From contig JBDGUI010000013.1 of NCBI GenBank assembly GCA_042216015.1, positions 22,838 to 86,837 of the forward strand: DNA of 64,000 nt, in the 5' to 3' direction. Position 1 is the stretch's first letter. Each line of letters begins with the position of its first letter. The position numbers and the translations under genes are program-made. The notes under the pieces are model-generated. The model was given only the letters and a program-made list of their open reading frames with translations, searched no databases and was not told the DNA's origin. Source of the stretch: Halodesulfurarchaeum sp. (GTDB lineage: Archaea > Halobacteriota > Halobacteria > Halobacteriales > Halobacteriaceae). Shown here piece by piece: positions 11,377 through 22,034 of the stretch.

Positions 11377-11991
11377 TCAGAGCCCTCCGAAACTGGCGGC
11401 GACGTCCCGCTCTTCCACCCCGGCCCAGCCCTGCCCCAGCAGCCCCACGATGACTGCCCCGACCCCGTCGAACAGGAGATCGAGGACGCTGTCCTGCAGG
11501 CCGTACTGGACGAGCAAGGGCTGCTGGCCGATCGATCTCAGGAGCATCCGGCCGAGGAACTCCACGAGTTCCCACGCCACCCCCGCGGCCATCGTGAACA
11601 GGACCACGTAGAGAAAGAGGAAATCGCCGGGCAACGAGATGCTCGCGGAGTGTTCGTCGAGTGCCCGGGCCAGCGCGTATCCCACGCTGGCCAGAAGCGC
11701 CGCCGAGAGGGTGTGCGTGAGGTGGTCCCACCACCAGACCGTCTCGTAGGACCCGGCCATTCCGAGGGTGTGAAGGAGCACGGCGATTCCGATCCAGAGC
11801 GCGAGCGGTCGGCCGACGGAGATCGACGCCATCCGAGAGAGCGCCCAGGGAAGCAGCGTCGTCGCCAGGCCGAGCAATCCGTTGACCACGAGGACACCAT
11901 TGCCCGCGAGGAGTCCCCACGCCACGATGACCCCAATGAGGAACCGAATGCCACGAAGCACGGTCGTGCTGAGGGGTGCCACGGTGGCCAT
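11377..11991 (-). CDS. Hypothetical membrane protein (DUF2238-like)
   Basis: TM helices with WWDHLTH, WELVEF and DSVLDLLFD motifs. Confidence 0.65.
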   Translation of the reverse strand: MATVAPLSTTVLRGIRFLIGVIVAWGLLAGNGVLVVNGLLGLATTLLPWALSRMASISVGRPLALWIGIAVLLHTLGMAGSYETVWWWDHLTHTLSAALLASVGYALARALDEHSASISLPGDFLFLYVVLFTMAAGVAWELVEFLGRMLLRSIGQQPLLVQYGLQDSVLDLLFDGVGAVIVGLLGQGWAGVEERDVAASFGGL

Positions 11992-12075
11992 TGTACCGGG
12001 TCGGTCATAAGCCCAAACTTTTGACCTTTCTGTGACGACAATTATAAGGCCACAGGTCCAGTATCCCCTCCAACG

Positions 12076-12705
12076 ATGATGGCCACCACCCACGCCCTCG
12101 TGGGGATTGCGATCGCGGCCGGCGCGTCGCTGGTCGTCCCCGAAATCACCGTCATCGGGGTGTTCGCGGCTGCAGCCGGCGGGATCTTCCCCGATCTCGA
12201 TCTCTACGCGGGTCACCGGGAGACACTCCACTTCCCGATCTATTACGCGTGGCTGGCCGCGCCCGCCGTCCTGTTGGCCGCCCTTCTCGCGATGCCGATC
12301 GGGTGGGCGGTTGCGCTCTTCGTCGTTGCCGCTGGGGCCCACTCGGTTATGGACGCGGCCGGCGGGGGCCTCGAACTGCGTCCCTGGCGGGGCACCTCCG
12401 ACCGGGCCGTCTACAGCCACTATCACGGGCGGTGGCTCCGCCCCCGTCGGATCGTGCCCTACGACGGTGCCCCCGAGGACCTCGTGCTGGGTGGGCTGGT
12501 CGCCATTCCCGGGTTGCTCGTCTTCGACGGGGTGCTCGCCCGGGTGATCCTCGTGTTGCTGGGACTTTCGGCACTCTACACGCTCGTCCGCAAGCCCATG
12601 GTCTCGGTCGCGGAGTGGCTCTTCGAGCGGGTTCCCGGATCGGTCAGGTCCTGGCTCCCCGAGCGCTTTCTCGAGGAGAGCGTCGGCGCAGATACGAAGT
12701 CTTAA
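12076..12705 (+). CDS. Membrane-bound metal-dependent hydrolase (YdjM-like)
   Basis: TTHAL, PDLD, HRETLH, HSVMD motifs. Confidence 0.85.
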   Translation: MMATTHALVGIAIAAGASLVVPEITVIGVFAAAAGGIFPDLDLYAGHRETLHFPIYYAWLAAPAVLLAALLAMPIGWAVALFVVAAGAHSVMDAAGGGLELRPWRGTSDRAVYSHYHGRWLRPRRIVPYDGAPEDLVLGGLVAIPGLLVFDGVLARVILVLLGLSALYTLVRKPMVSVAEWLFERVPGSVRSWLPERFLEESVGADTKS

Positions 12706-12730
12706 CCACCGCGCCGCCTCAGAGCCCGAT

Positions 12731-13591
12731 ATGCCGCAGTTCGAGGTCCCGGAGGTCGATTACAGCCGGTACTCGAACCGCCAGCTTCTTTCGATCCCGC
12801 TGGCGGTGCTTCTCGTTGCCCTCCTGATCGTCGGTGGGATGTGGGTGATGACCGGTTCGCCGGCCGACCTGGGTGTTGAATTCACGGGTGGATCGGAACT
12901 GACCGTGGAGACCAGTCTGTCCTCGTCGGAACTCGCCGCACAGTTCGAGGAACCCGTCGTGTCCGTCCAGGGAATCGAGGGCGGGAACAACTACATCGTG
13001 ACCTTCGAAACGGCCAACGTTGAAGCAGTTCGCGACACTGCAGAGGCCCACGAGTCGATAACCGTGCTGGGGAGCGGGGAGACCGATCCGGTCTTCAGTG
13101 ACGAGAACAAGAAGTGGGCCATCATCGGGCTGGCCATCGCGTTCACGGGGATGAGCATCGTCGCCTTCGCCCTTTTCAGGACCCTCGTCCCGAGCCTGGC
13201 GATCGTCGTTTCGGCGTTCTCTGACATGCTCGTTCCCATCGCAGTGTTCGACCTCCTCGGGTTGAAGGTGACCCTGGGGACCGTCGCCGCCCTCCTGATG
13301 CTCATCGGGTACTCCGTGGACTCCGACATCCTGTTGACCAATCACGTGCTTCGGCGCTCCGGTGGCTTTTATGAGTCGACCGTCCGGGCGATGGAGACCG
13401 GTGTCACGATGACAGTCACCTCTATCGCGGCGATGGCCGTCATGGCGGTCGCCGCAACCTTCTTCGGGATCGAACTCATGGCCTCGATCGGGCTGATTCT
13501 CGTCATCGGTCTGAGTATGGACCTGGTCAATACCTACATGTTCAACATCGCCCTGCTTCGCTGGTACAAGTACGAGGGGGTGGCGCGATGA
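12731..13591 (+). CDS. secF: Protein translocase subunit SecF
   Basis: LGVEFTGG, LMLIGYSVDSDILL. Confidence 0.95.
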   Translation: MPQFEVPEVDYSRYSNRQLLSIPLAVLLVALLIVGGMWVMTGSPADLGVEFTGGSELTVETSLSSSELAAQFEEPVVSVQGIEGGNNYIVTFETANVEAVRDTAEAHESITVLGSGETDPVFSDENKKWAIIGLAIAFTGMSIVAFALFRTLVPSLAIVVSAFSDMLVPIAVFDLLGLKVTLGTVAALLMLIGYSVDSDILLTNHVLRRSGGFYESTVRAMETGVTMTVTSIAAMAVMAVAATFFGIELMASIGLILVIGLSMDLVNTYMFNIALLRWYKYEGVAR

Positions 13592-15138
13592 ACGTTCGCG
13601 AGAACTGGCGACTCGTTCTGCTCGCCGTGTTGATCGTGCTGAGTGGGGTCGCGCTGTTCGTGCCGGGCGCCCCGGCCGGGGCCGTCGAGAGCGAGGCCGG
13701 GAATCAGTCAGCGGGAGTGACGAACCTCCAGTACGGAATCCAGCTGGACGGCGGCACCAAGATCCGGGTTCCGCCGGTCGGGATCACCGCCGAGGGGGTG
13801 GCGGTGCCGGCAGACCAGGAGACCCCACTCGCCCAGTCGATCGCCCAGCGCCTTGGCATCGACACGATCGACGTTCGGGTGGCAAGCGAGACGAGCACCG
13901 TGGAGGTGTTCAGCAAGAACGTGACCCACTCGGAGCTCCGCACGGCGCTGGAGGCGAAGGGATACGATCCATCGGAGATCCGAGAGGGCGTCACCACGCA
14001 CACGATGAACGCCCTGGTCGAGCGCGTCGAGGAGAAGCTGAGCAAGTCCGCATTGAGCGGGGGCTCAGTCCAGAAGATGACGCTCGGTGGCCGACAGATC
14101 ATCAGCATCACGGCCCCCGATCGGGACCGCGAGGAACTCGTGAGCATCCTCGAGGAGCGAGGGGTGGTCAGGATCTACGCCGTGACTCGGGCCGAGAACG
14201 GGACGTATGTCCACACGCAGGTCCTGAGCCAGGACGACTTCGCCAGCGTCGGGAATGCCGGGACGAATCAGAACGGCAAGCCTGGCGTGGAGGTGACGAT
14301 CGAAGGCGCCGTCGCCGAAACCTTCTCGAACCGGATGGCCGAGCTGGGCTTCGGCGACGGGTCGACGTGTACCGTCGACGCGGCGGCACACGACTCCATC
14401 GAGACGATCGAGGGCCAGTGCATGGTGACCACGCTCAACGGCAACCCGGTCTTCGTGGGCGGGGTCGAACCCAGCCTCGGGCAGGAGTTCGCGAGCGGGG
14501 ACTTCGCCAAGAGCCCGACCTTCACCATGACGACCACCTCGATGAAGCAGGCCCGAAACCTCGAGTTGAGTCTCAAGGCCGGACGGTTGCCCGCACCCCT
14601 CGACTTCGAGCAGGCCGATAGCCTCTCGGTGTCGCCGGCGCTCGCCGAGCAGTTCAAAACCAACTCGCTGATCGTCGGGATACTCGCGGTCATCGCGGTG
14701 AGCTTCGTGGTCTACTGGCGCTATCGCCGGCCGGAGATCGCTGCGCCGATGGTCGTCACGGCACTCTCGGAGGTGTTTCTCCTGCTCGGGTTCGTCTCCT
14801 TCGTGCAGTACCCGCTCAACCTCTCTCACATCGCCGGGTTCATTGCGGTCATCGGGACCGGGGTCGACGACCTGGTCATCATCGCCGACGAGATCCTCCA
14901 GCAGGGGGACGTGGCCACCGGGCGGGTCTTCCAGAGTCGCTTCCGGAAGGCCTTCTGGGTGATCGGCGGGGCCGCGGCGACGACGATCGTCGCGATGAGC
15001 CCGCTGACGGTGCTCTCCCTGGGCGACCTCTCCGGCTTCGCGATCATCACCATCGTGGGGGTCCTCATTGGGGTCTTCATCACCCGACCGGCCTACGGGG
15101 ACATCCTGCGAAACCTGATGCTCGTCCGAGGGGACTGA
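13588..15138 (+). CDS. secD: Protein translocase subunit SecD
   Basis: LQYGIQLDGG, AGRLPAPL, IGTGVDDLVIIADE; overlaps the secF stop. Confidence 0.95.
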   Translation: MNVRENWRLVLLAVLIVLSGVALFVPGAPAGAVESEAGNQSAGVTNLQYGIQLDGGTKIRVPPVGITAEGVAVPADQETPLAQSIAQRLGIDTIDVRVASETSTVEVFSKNVTHSELRTALEAKGYDPSEIREGVTTHTMNALVERVEEKLSKSALSGGSVQKMTLGGRQIISITAPDRDREELVSILEERGVVRIYAVTRAENGTYVHTQVLSQDDFASVGNAGTNQNGKPGVEVTIEGAVAETFSNRMAELGFGDGSTCTVDAAAHDSIETIEGQCMVTTLNGNPVFVGGVEPSLGQEFASGDFAKSPTFTMTTTSMKQARNLELSLKAGRLPAPLDFEQADSLSVSPALAEQFKTNSLIVGILAVIAVSFVVYWRYRRPEIAAPMVVTALSEVFLLLGFVSFVQYPLNLSHIAGFIAVIGTGVDDLVIIADEILQQGDVATGRVFQSRFRKAFWVIGGAAATTIVAMSPLTVLSLGDLSGFAIITIVGVLIGVFITRPAYGDILRNLMLVRGD

Positions 15139-15142
15139 CGGC

Positions 15143-15784
15143 TCAGAACGCGCCCAGATCGGACTGGGCGGCCGCCGCGAGAACGTCGGCACTCGTTTGC
15201 CACGACCGACGAGCACACGGGGGCAACTCGCCGTGCTGCTCGACGTACTCCTCGAGAAAGTGACGTGTCCGTTCGTCCCCGGGATAGCCGCTCCCGATGG
15301 GAGGGTCGTAGCGCTCCCCGAGCGCGGCGATGTGGTCGTCACGGGTGACCTTGGCCACGACGCTTGCGGCACTCACCAGTGGGTGGTGCTCGTCGGCCCG
15401 GTGTTCGGCCCGGATCGTGAGGTCGGCGTCCACTTGCCCTGCCACCCGCCGGCCGAACCGATCGGCGTTCACGTCGGCAGCGTCGACGGTGCCGGACTCG
15501 CCCGCCACGTCGACTGCCTCGAGTGCGCGGGCGTGGGCCTCGACGGTGAGTTCGTTCATGTCAGTTGTGGGGTCGTCGATCCGGGCCACCGGAACCTCCG
15601 CGAGTCCGATCGAGACTGCGGGGTCCTCACGGAGTCGGTCTGCCAGTTCCTCGCGTCGCTCGGGGGTGAGGGTCTTCGAGTCGGCGATCTCCCCGGGGAG
15701 TTGCCCGGGGTCGGCGACGACGCTCGCGGCGAACATCGATCCGAGCACTGGGCCCTTTCCCGCCTCGTCGACGCCGAAGGGCAT
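15143..15784 (-). CDS. rnhB: Ribonuclease HII
   Basis: GVDEAGKGPVLG, DSKTL, VSAASVVAKV, GSGYPGD. Confidence 0.96.
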   Translation of the reverse strand: MPFGVDEAGKGPVLGSMFAASVVADPGQLPGEIADSKTLTPERREELADRLREDPAVSIGLAEVPVARIDDPTTDMNELTVEAHARALEAVDVAGESGTVDAADVNADRFGRRVAGQVDADLTIRAEHRADEHHPLVSAASVVAKVTRDDHIAALGERYDPPIGSGYPGDERTRHFLEEYVEQHGELPPCARRSWQTSADVLAAAAQSDLGAF

Positions 15785-15862
15785 GGCCGAGTCATCGACG
15801 ACCCCTCGGTTAGTCGTTTCGGGACCGGTCGGGGACAGTCCTCCGGGCCGGATCCATCGAAC

Positions 15863-17149
15863 TCAGGCCGGCGGCTCCCGAAAGTACGCCTCGTCCTCGA
15901 AGGGCTCGTCCTCGCCCTCGACGGCCAGCACGTCGAGGGCGGTCACGTGGCAATCGACGCCGAGTTCGCCGGCGAGGCTGGGGGTGGTTCGGCCCGCGTC
16001 GGAACTCACGAGTTCCTTGACGTAGAGCCCTCCTTCGCCGTGGATCTCGACGGTGGCCTCGGTCGGCGACTCGAGGGTCCCCGAGATGGCATAGACCTCG
16101 CGGGTCCGGACCTTCGAGGCGCGCCGGTGGTCGACCCGGCTCGGGGTCTCCTGTTCGATGGTGGCACCGTCGAGCGCCACGAGGGCCTCCTCGAAGGCCG
16201 TCTCTTCGATCGGTTCCTCGAAACTCACCTGTGCCCGGTAGGTCTTCGAGGCGGGGAGTTCCTTCACGCGCTCGACGCTCTCGTATGTCGCGAGGCGCAA
16301 GCCCTCGACCTCGACTTTCCCGTCGGCGAAGTCGTTGACGCGCTCTTCGAGCGTCTCGACGTCGGGGAATCGGTCTCTGGGCGCCTCGACCTCCACGACG
16401 AAGGGGCGGCCGGTCCCGAGCATTTTCGCGTCGATGTCCTCGCGGCCGGCGCCGTGAAACGTCGAATCCGCGCCGTCCATGGCCGCTTCGATGGGTGGGG
16501 CGGTCAACTGCTCGACGGACTCGGGGTACTGGTACCCGGTTCCGTCACAGTAGACACACGGTTCGCCCGACCGGGTGCCCGAGCCGCCACACTCCCGGCA
16601 GGGCCACTCGGTCTGGGGGATGCCCCGTTCGAGTTTGCGGTAGCGGCCGTAGACGAACCCCGAGTTGATCGTCGCTTCGACCGTGTCCTCGGCGACATCG
16701 ATCACCAACTGGACGTCCGGGCGCTCGAAGTCGGCGGTGGCGCCGGTGGCCTCGCCGATTCGCTTTCCCACCTCGCGATTCATCTCGGAGTTGAACCGCT
16801 CGCCCGCATCCTCGGATAGATCGGCCAGCTCGCGAAGCATGGTCTCGTTCTCCTCGATCAGCGGCGAGGGCCGGGTGCCGACCTGATAGGTCTCGAAGGC
16901 CACGTCGCCGATGGCCGCGACCGCCCGCTCGGCCCACTCGTCGAAGGTAGCGGTCTCCCCCTCACAGACCCAGCACTCCCCGGGCGCTTCGAAGGGCTCG
17001 TCCCTCTCCATCGCGACGGCGACCCGGAGCCCGCGGCCCCGCTTTGCGTTCGTCAGTCCGTGGCTCAGGTGGGCGAAGGGCCGGCCAAGGCAGGGGTCAC
17101 AGAGCGGCCCGGTTTCGAGGACCGAGCCTGCGTCGGCGAGCAGCGTCAT
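15863..17149 (-). CDS. pus10: tRNA pseudouridine(54/55) synthase Pus10
   Basis: LCDPCLGR, GRYRKLERGIPQTEW, HGAGREDIDAKMLGTGRPF, GGLYVKEL. Confidence 0.95.
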   Translation of the reverse strand: MTLLADAGSVLETGPLCDPCLGRPFAHLSHGLTNAKRGRGLRVAVAMERDEPFEAPGECWVCEGETATFDEWAERAVAAIGDVAFETYQVGTRPSPLIEENETMLRELADLSEDAGERFNSEMNREVGKRIGEATGATADFERPDVQLVIDVAEDTVEATINSGFVYGRYRKLERGIPQTEWPCRECGGSGTRSGEPCVYCDGTGYQYPESVEQLTAPPIEAAMDGADSTFHGAGREDIDAKMLGTGRPFVVEVEAPRDRFPDVETLEERVNDFADGKVEVEGLRLATYESVERVKELPASKTYRAQVSFEEPIEETAFEEALVALDGATIEQETPSRVDHRRASKVRTREVYAISGTLESPTEATVEIHGEGGLYVKELVSSDAGRTTPSLAGELGVDCHVTALDVLAVEGEDEPFEDEAYFREPPA

Positions 17150-17281
17150 GGGGGAGTCTACCGAGCGGAGGGGTTCGTATGCTTCGGTCCGGACCCGTGG
17201 ACATCGCCCACTGCATCGTGCCACCACCGTTCCTGTCGAAATGGATACTTCTTTGTGGCCCGCGGTCGGTGTCTCACCCGT

Positions 17282-18280
17282 ATGGCCCTCCACGCAGTCG
17301 ACGATTTATCGGACGCGTACCGGGCGACCCGGGCGTTCCTGCTCCCGCTCGAGTGGGGGCGCTGGCTCCGACTGGCGCTGCTCTCCCTGTTCGTCGCGGG
17401 GAGCAGCGGCGGCGGCGCCCCGACGGGTGGCTTCCAGGGACCCCTGGGCACGAGCCCCGATCTCACTCCCGGCGGCGGGACCGAGTTTGGCGGCACGATC
17501 GATCAGATCGGGGCGATGCTTTCGAACAACCTCTGGTTCATCCTGGGCGTCATCGGCGTTTTCTTCCTTCTGGGGTTGGTCCTCCAGTGGGTTTCAGCGA
17601 CCTTCGAGTTCACCTTTCTCGAATCCCTCCGCACCGACGAGGTCCACGTCAGGGAATTCACGAGTGAATACACGGGGCTCGGGACGCGTCTCTTCGCCTT
17701 CCGGATCCTGTTTGGACTGGCCACGCTTCTGGTGTTCGGTGGACTCGCGCTGCTGGCCATCGGCCCGCTCCTGATGGGCATTTCACCCGCCGCCCCGCTC
17801 CTCTTGCTCGTGTTCCTGATCCCGGTCTCCTTCGTGCTGGGGATCGTTGCCGCGGTCGGCTACGTCTTCACCACGGCCTTCGTGGCACCCATCATGCTCC
17901 TCGAGGACAGGGGGGTGCTCTCGGCGTGGAAGCGCTTCTGGGGCGTGTTCAAATCGGCGTGGACGGACTTCCTCGTCTTCGTGCTCGTGGGACTGTTCCT
18001 CATGATCGCGATCGGGATCGTCGTGGGGATCGCGATGGCGGTGATCGGGGTGGGAATCGCCCTGCCGGTCTTCGTGGCGCTGCTCGCCGGTGGACCGCTT
18101 CTGGCCGCCCTCCTTGGAATTCCGGCAGCCGTTCTCGCCATCCTCGCGTGGGCGATGGTGCAGGTGCCGGTCCAGACGTACCTCCGACACTGGGCGCTCC
18201 TCGTGCTGGGTGACATCGAGCCCGAACTCGACCTGATTCCGGACCGTCGAGGGGCGGTGCGAGGCGAAACGACTTCCTGA
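17282..18280 (+). CDS. Conserved multi-pass membrane protein
   Basis: Hydrophobic 332-aa ORF with typical codon usage and a CTTCTTTG box upstream. Confidence 0.75.
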   Translation: MALHAVDDLSDAYRATRAFLLPLEWGRWLRLALLSLFVAGSSGGGAPTGGFQGPLGTSPDLTPGGGTEFGGTIDQIGAMLSNNLWFILGVIGVFFLLGLVLQWVSATFEFTFLESLRTDEVHVREFTSEYTGLGTRLFAFRILFGLATLLVFGGLALLAIGPLLMGISPAAPLLLLVFLIPVSFVLGIVAAVGYVFTTAFVAPIMLLEDRGVLSAWKRFWGVFKSAWTDFLVFVLVGLFLMIAIGIVVGIAMAVIGVGIALPVFVALLAGGPLLAALLGIPAAVLAILAWAMVQVPVQTYLRHWALLVLGDIEPELDLIPDRRGAVRGETTS

Positions 18281-18300
18281 GTGGCCGACGTGGTACGCCC

Positions 18301-18894
18301 ATGCGCCGTTTCATCGTCCTCGGGCACACCGCCCCCACCGACCCGGATTTCAGCCTGGACGACCTCGCGGGCGGGGCCGGGCGGCTCGACGTCCTCGCGC
18401 GGTGTGTCAACTCGGCGTTCTTCCTCTCTCATGGCATTCGCGAGACGGTCCGGGTGTATCTGGTCCTCTCGGATGCGGTCACGATCCGCCTCGAGGGCGT
18501 GGAGCTCCGGTATATGAACCCCGACGAGCGCAACATCGCGGCGCTGCTTCGCCAGGCGCTGGAGGCCCGCGAGGAAGCCATCGGCCACAGCGAGGTCGAG
18601 TCCACCCCGGGGATCTACGTTTCGAATCGCGGCTTCGAGGACGTGCTCAGGGCCGCCGCCCGCGAGGGAGCGATCGTCCAGCTCCACGAGGACGGCGACC
18701 CGCTCTGGGAGGTCGAGCCGCCGGAGAACCCGGCGTTCGTGCTCTCGGACCATCAGGATTTCACTTCCGACGAGCAGGCCCTGCTGGAGGAACTCGCCAC
18801 CCGGCGGGTTCGTGTGGGGCCGGAGGCCCTTCACGCGGATCACGTGATCTCGGTGGTGCACAATTATCTGGACACGGGCGGGTATTCCCGCTAA
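18301..18894 (+). CDS. trmY: tRNA (pseudouridine54-N1)-methyltransferase
   Basis: [33 protein letters not shown]-type FVLSDH...LHADH. Confidence 0.95.
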   Translation: MRRFIVLGHTAPTDPDFSLDDLAGGAGRLDVLARCVNSAFFLSHGIRETVRVYLVLSDAVTIRLEGVELRYMNPDERNIAALLRQALEAREEAIGHSEVESTPGIYVSNRGFEDVLRAAAREGAIVQLHEDGDPLWEVEPPENPAFVLSDHQDFTSDEQALLEELATRRVRVGPEALHADHVISVVHNYLDTGGYSR

Positions 18895-18944
18895 CCCCAG
18901 TGTTTCGAAACGTTAAACCCGCACCATCACGTTGTCTCGCCTGC

Positions 18945-19017
18945 GGGCCGGTGGGGTAGCTTGGTATCCTTCGGCCTTCGGGTGGCCGTAACCGCGATTC
19001 AAATTCGCGCCGGCCCA
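18945..19017 (+). tRNA. tRNA-Pro (anticodon CGG)
   Basis: Cloverleaf: acceptor GGGCCGG/CCGGCCC, anticodon arm CGGCC-TTCGGGT-GGCCG, T-loop TTCAAAT; GTTAAA box upstream, TTTTT tract downstream; CCA not encoded. Confidence 0.95.
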
Positions 19018-19200
19018 TTCTCCCACCGTTTTTACCGAGGAGCGGTGCATTTCCACTCATCGTGCAGGATTTGCCTCATCTCGTCGGTCGTCACTGCTCC
19101 GGACCACAATCGTACCACGATTGTTTTCCCAATCGTCGTTTCGGCGATGAGACTGCCGCCTCAGTCGGTCGAGGGAGTTCCTTTGCTTGACTCCGACTCT

Positions 19201-19629
19201 TCACAACTCCGATTCGGGCTCCGGGATTTGCCGCGTCGTCCCGATGATCCGGACCGGCTCCCCGTTCTCGGTGATGACGTCACCCTGCCCCTCGAGCCAC
19301 ACCTCGCCGGACGCCAGCTTGAGCGGGTACTGGACGTGGTAGGAGGTTCCCTCGTCGATGGCCCGCTCGAACGCCTCGACGACCTCGTCTCGATACTTGG
19401 CGGGCACCCGCTCGACGAAGTTCTCGAAGATCGGCTCGAGTTCGCTCGCGTCCACGTCGAAGAGGGCCTCGAAGGATGGATACCGGTCGACGGTATCCGT
19501 CTCGAGGTCCCACTCCCATGCGTAGGTGTTCGTGGCCTTCAGCGCGCTGATGAGCTTGTCCCGGACCGTCTCCAGCTCCTCGATCTGTGCTTCGAGTGCC
19601 GCGATCCGGTCGGTCGATTCCGGTGCCAT
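19201..19629 (-). CDS. Stand-alone coiled-coil plus PAS domain protein
   Basis: AWEWDLETDTV...FVERVP...YHVQY...VWLEGQG...RIIGT (PAS_3-like). Confidence 0.8.
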   Translation of the reverse strand: MAPESTDRIAALEAQIEELETVRDKLISALKATNTYAWEWDLETDTVDRYPSFEALFDVDASELEPIFENFVERVPAKYRDEVVEAFERAIDEGTSYHVQYPLKLASGEVWLEGQGDVITENGEPVRIIGTTRQIPEPESEL

Positions 19630-19779
19630 GTGTGAACGGTATGCACGCCAGCACCATCGAGTTTTCGTCGGTCACCGGTTCACGCGGCTCGGCGGGTTCG
19701 AAACCGACTCCGCAGCCGCGACGGGGCGAGTCCCGCGGGGACACGACACGTTTCAGGCTCCGCCTTTGTATGCCGGGAC

Positions 19780-21960
19780 ATGACACGGCCCACGGACCGG
19801 AACCGTCTGAACGAGGCGGCGAGTCCCTACCTCCAGCAACACGCCGAGAACCCGGTCCACTGGCAACCGTGGGACGAGACGGCCCTCGCTGCGGCCCGCG
19901 AGCTGGACCGGCCGATCTTTCTCAGTGTGGGGTACTCCTCCTGTCTCTGGTGTCACCTCATGGCCGAGGAATCCTTCGAGGACCCGGCCATCGCCGAGCG
20001 CCTGAATCGCGATTTCGTCCCGATCAAGGTCGACCGGGAGGAGCGCCCCGACGTCGACAGCATCTACATGACCGTCTGCCGGCTGGTGACCCGTGGTGGC
20101 TGTGGCTGGCCGCTCTCGGTGTGGCTCACGCCGGATCGTCACCCATTCTTCGTCGGCACGTACTACCCGCCGTCGGAAGCACACGGCCGTCCGGCCTTCG
20201 GAGACCTGCTCGATGGCATCGCCGATTCCTGGGAGACGGATCGACGGGAACTCGAGGAGCGGGGTGAGGCGTGGCTCGCCGCGGCCCGCGACGAATTGGA
20301 ATCCGTGCCGATCCCGGGGAATTCCGAGCCGGAAACGGCGGCCGATTCGACCGACCTGCTCGCGGCCGCCGGCGATCAGTTCTGCCAGACTGCCGACCGG
20401 ACTCACGGGGGATTCGGCACGGGCCAGAAGTTCCCGCACGTCGACCGCCTGCTCGTGCTGGCTCGTCTCGCCCGGCGAACCGACCGGATGGAGTACGAGT
20501 CGGTCCTCTCGGAGTCGCTCTCAGCGATGGCGACCGGCGGCCTCCGCGACCAGCTCGGGGGCGGCTTCCACCGCTACTGCGTGGATCGGGACTGGACGGT
20601 TCCCCACTTCGAGAAGATGCTCTATGACAACGCCCTGATCCCGCGGGCGTTCCTCGCCGGCCACGCACTCACCGGAAAGGACTCATTTGCGATGGTCGCC
20701 GAGGAGACGTTCGATTTCCTCAAGCGGGAGTTGACCCATCCTGACGGCGGCTTCTACAGCACGCTCGACGCGAGGAGCCCGCCGAAAGACAAAGACGTCA
20801 CGGAGGAGGCCGTCGAAGGCGCCTATTACACCTGGACGCCGAGTGCGGTTCGCTCGGCGATGGAAACCACCGCGGCTGGGGACAGCAGGTTCGATCCCGA
20901 CTGGCTCGCGACGCTCTTTCGGGAGCGGTTCGGCGTGACCAAGACGGGGAACTTCGAGGACGAGACGGTTCTTACGCAGTCACGGCCGATCGACGAATTG
21001 GCCGCCGAATTCGACCGTCGCCCTGTCGAAATCGAAGCGGCTCTGGAGGCGGCCATCGACCGTGCCCGCCGTGCTCGCGAGAAACGGCCCCGCCCACCGC
21101 GGGACGAGAAGATCCTGGCCGACTGGAACGGCCTGTTGATCGGTTCGCTGGCCACCGGGTCGATCGTCCTGGATACGCCGGAGTTCGCCGAGCGAGCGAC
21201 CGCGGCCCTTGAGTTCGTCCGCGAGCATCACTGGGACGGCACTCGGCTCGCCCATCGGTACCGGGACGGCGATCGCCTCGAGGTGGACTACCTGGCGGAT
21301 TACGCGTTCCTCGCCCGCGGCGCCCTCAAACTCCACGGTGTGACGGGTAATCTCGCCCCGCTCGCATTCGCGCTCGATCTGGGCCGAGCGATGCGAACCC
21401 GGTTCTGGGATCCGGAACAGGAGACGCTCTTTTTCACCACGGAGGGGGCGGACGGCCTTCCGATTCGTCCGACTGGCGCCCAGGACGAGTCCACGCCGTC
21501 GAGTACGGGCGTCGCCGTCGAGGCCCTCGCCGCCCTGCACCACTTCGATCCGGGGGCCGGGTTCGAATCGATGGCCGACAGCATCCTGCGCTCCCACCGC
21601 GAGCAACTGGCCTCGAGCCCGGACCGCTTTGTGACCCTCGCGATGGCCGCCGATACCCTCGAGCAGGGGCACCTCGAAGTCACGATCGCCGCGGACTCGA
21701 TCCCGTCAGACTGGCGAACCGCACTCGGGAACGTCGCCCAGCCGAACCTGTTGCTCACCAGACGACCCCCCGACGAACGGACGCTCGGCCGGTGGCTCGA
21801 TGTGCTCGCGCTCGAGTCGGTCCCGCCAATCTGGGAGGGCCGGGCCGCGCGTGGCGAGCCAACGGCCTTCGTTTGCCGTCGGAGCTGTTCGCCCCCGGTG
21901 ACGGACCTCGCCGACCTCCAGGATTGGCTCGCGGAGTTCGCCGTGGACGGGGTCCGTTGA
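19780..21960 (+). CDS. Thioredoxin domain / six-hairpin protein (YyaL/SPATA20 family)
   Basis: NRLNEAASPYLQQHAENPVHW, KVDREERPDVD, GGGFHRY, PHFEKMLYDNA. Confidence 0.92.
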   Translation: MTRPTDRNRLNEAASPYLQQHAENPVHWQPWDETALAAARELDRPIFLSVGYSSCLWCHLMAEESFEDPAIAERLNRDFVPIKVDREERPDVDSIYMTVCRLVTRGGCGWPLSVWLTPDRHPFFVGTYYPPSEAHGRPAFGDLLDGIADSWETDRRELEERGEAWLAAARDELESVPIPGNSEPETAADSTDLLAAAGDQFCQTADRTHGGFGTGQKFPHVDRLLVLARLARRTDRMEYESVLSESLSAMATGGLRDQLGGGFHRYCVDRDWTVPHFEKMLYDNALIPRAFLAGHALTGKDSFAMVAEETFDFLKRELTHPDGGFYSTLDARSPPKDKDVTEEAVEGAYYTWTPSAVRSAMETTAAGDSRFDPDWLATLFRERFGVTKTGNFEDETVLTQSRPIDELAAEFDRRPVEIEAALEAAIDRARRAREKRPRPPRDEKILADWNGLLIGSLATGSIVLDTPEFAERATAALEFVREHHWDGTRLAHRYRDGDRLEVDYLADYAFLARGALKLHGVTGNLAPLAFALDLGRAMRTRFWDPEQETLFFTTEGADGLPIRPTGAQDESTPSSTGVAVEALAALHHFDPGAGFESMADSILRSHREQLASSPDRFVTLAMAADTLEQGHLEVTIAADSIPSDWRTALGNVAQPNLLLTRRPPDERTLGRWLDVLALESVPPIWEGRAARGEPTAFVCRRSCSPPVTDLADLQDWLAEFAVDGVR

Positions 21961-22034
21961 GGCCCCGTTCCAATCGAACCGAATGGTTGGCGCACACGAC
22001 GACGTTAAACTGCCCGACCCCAAACAAACGCGCA

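Noticed and set aside
19017..19200. Possible integration site at tRNA-Pro
   Set aside because: No duplicated tRNA 3' end and no integrase seen in the window
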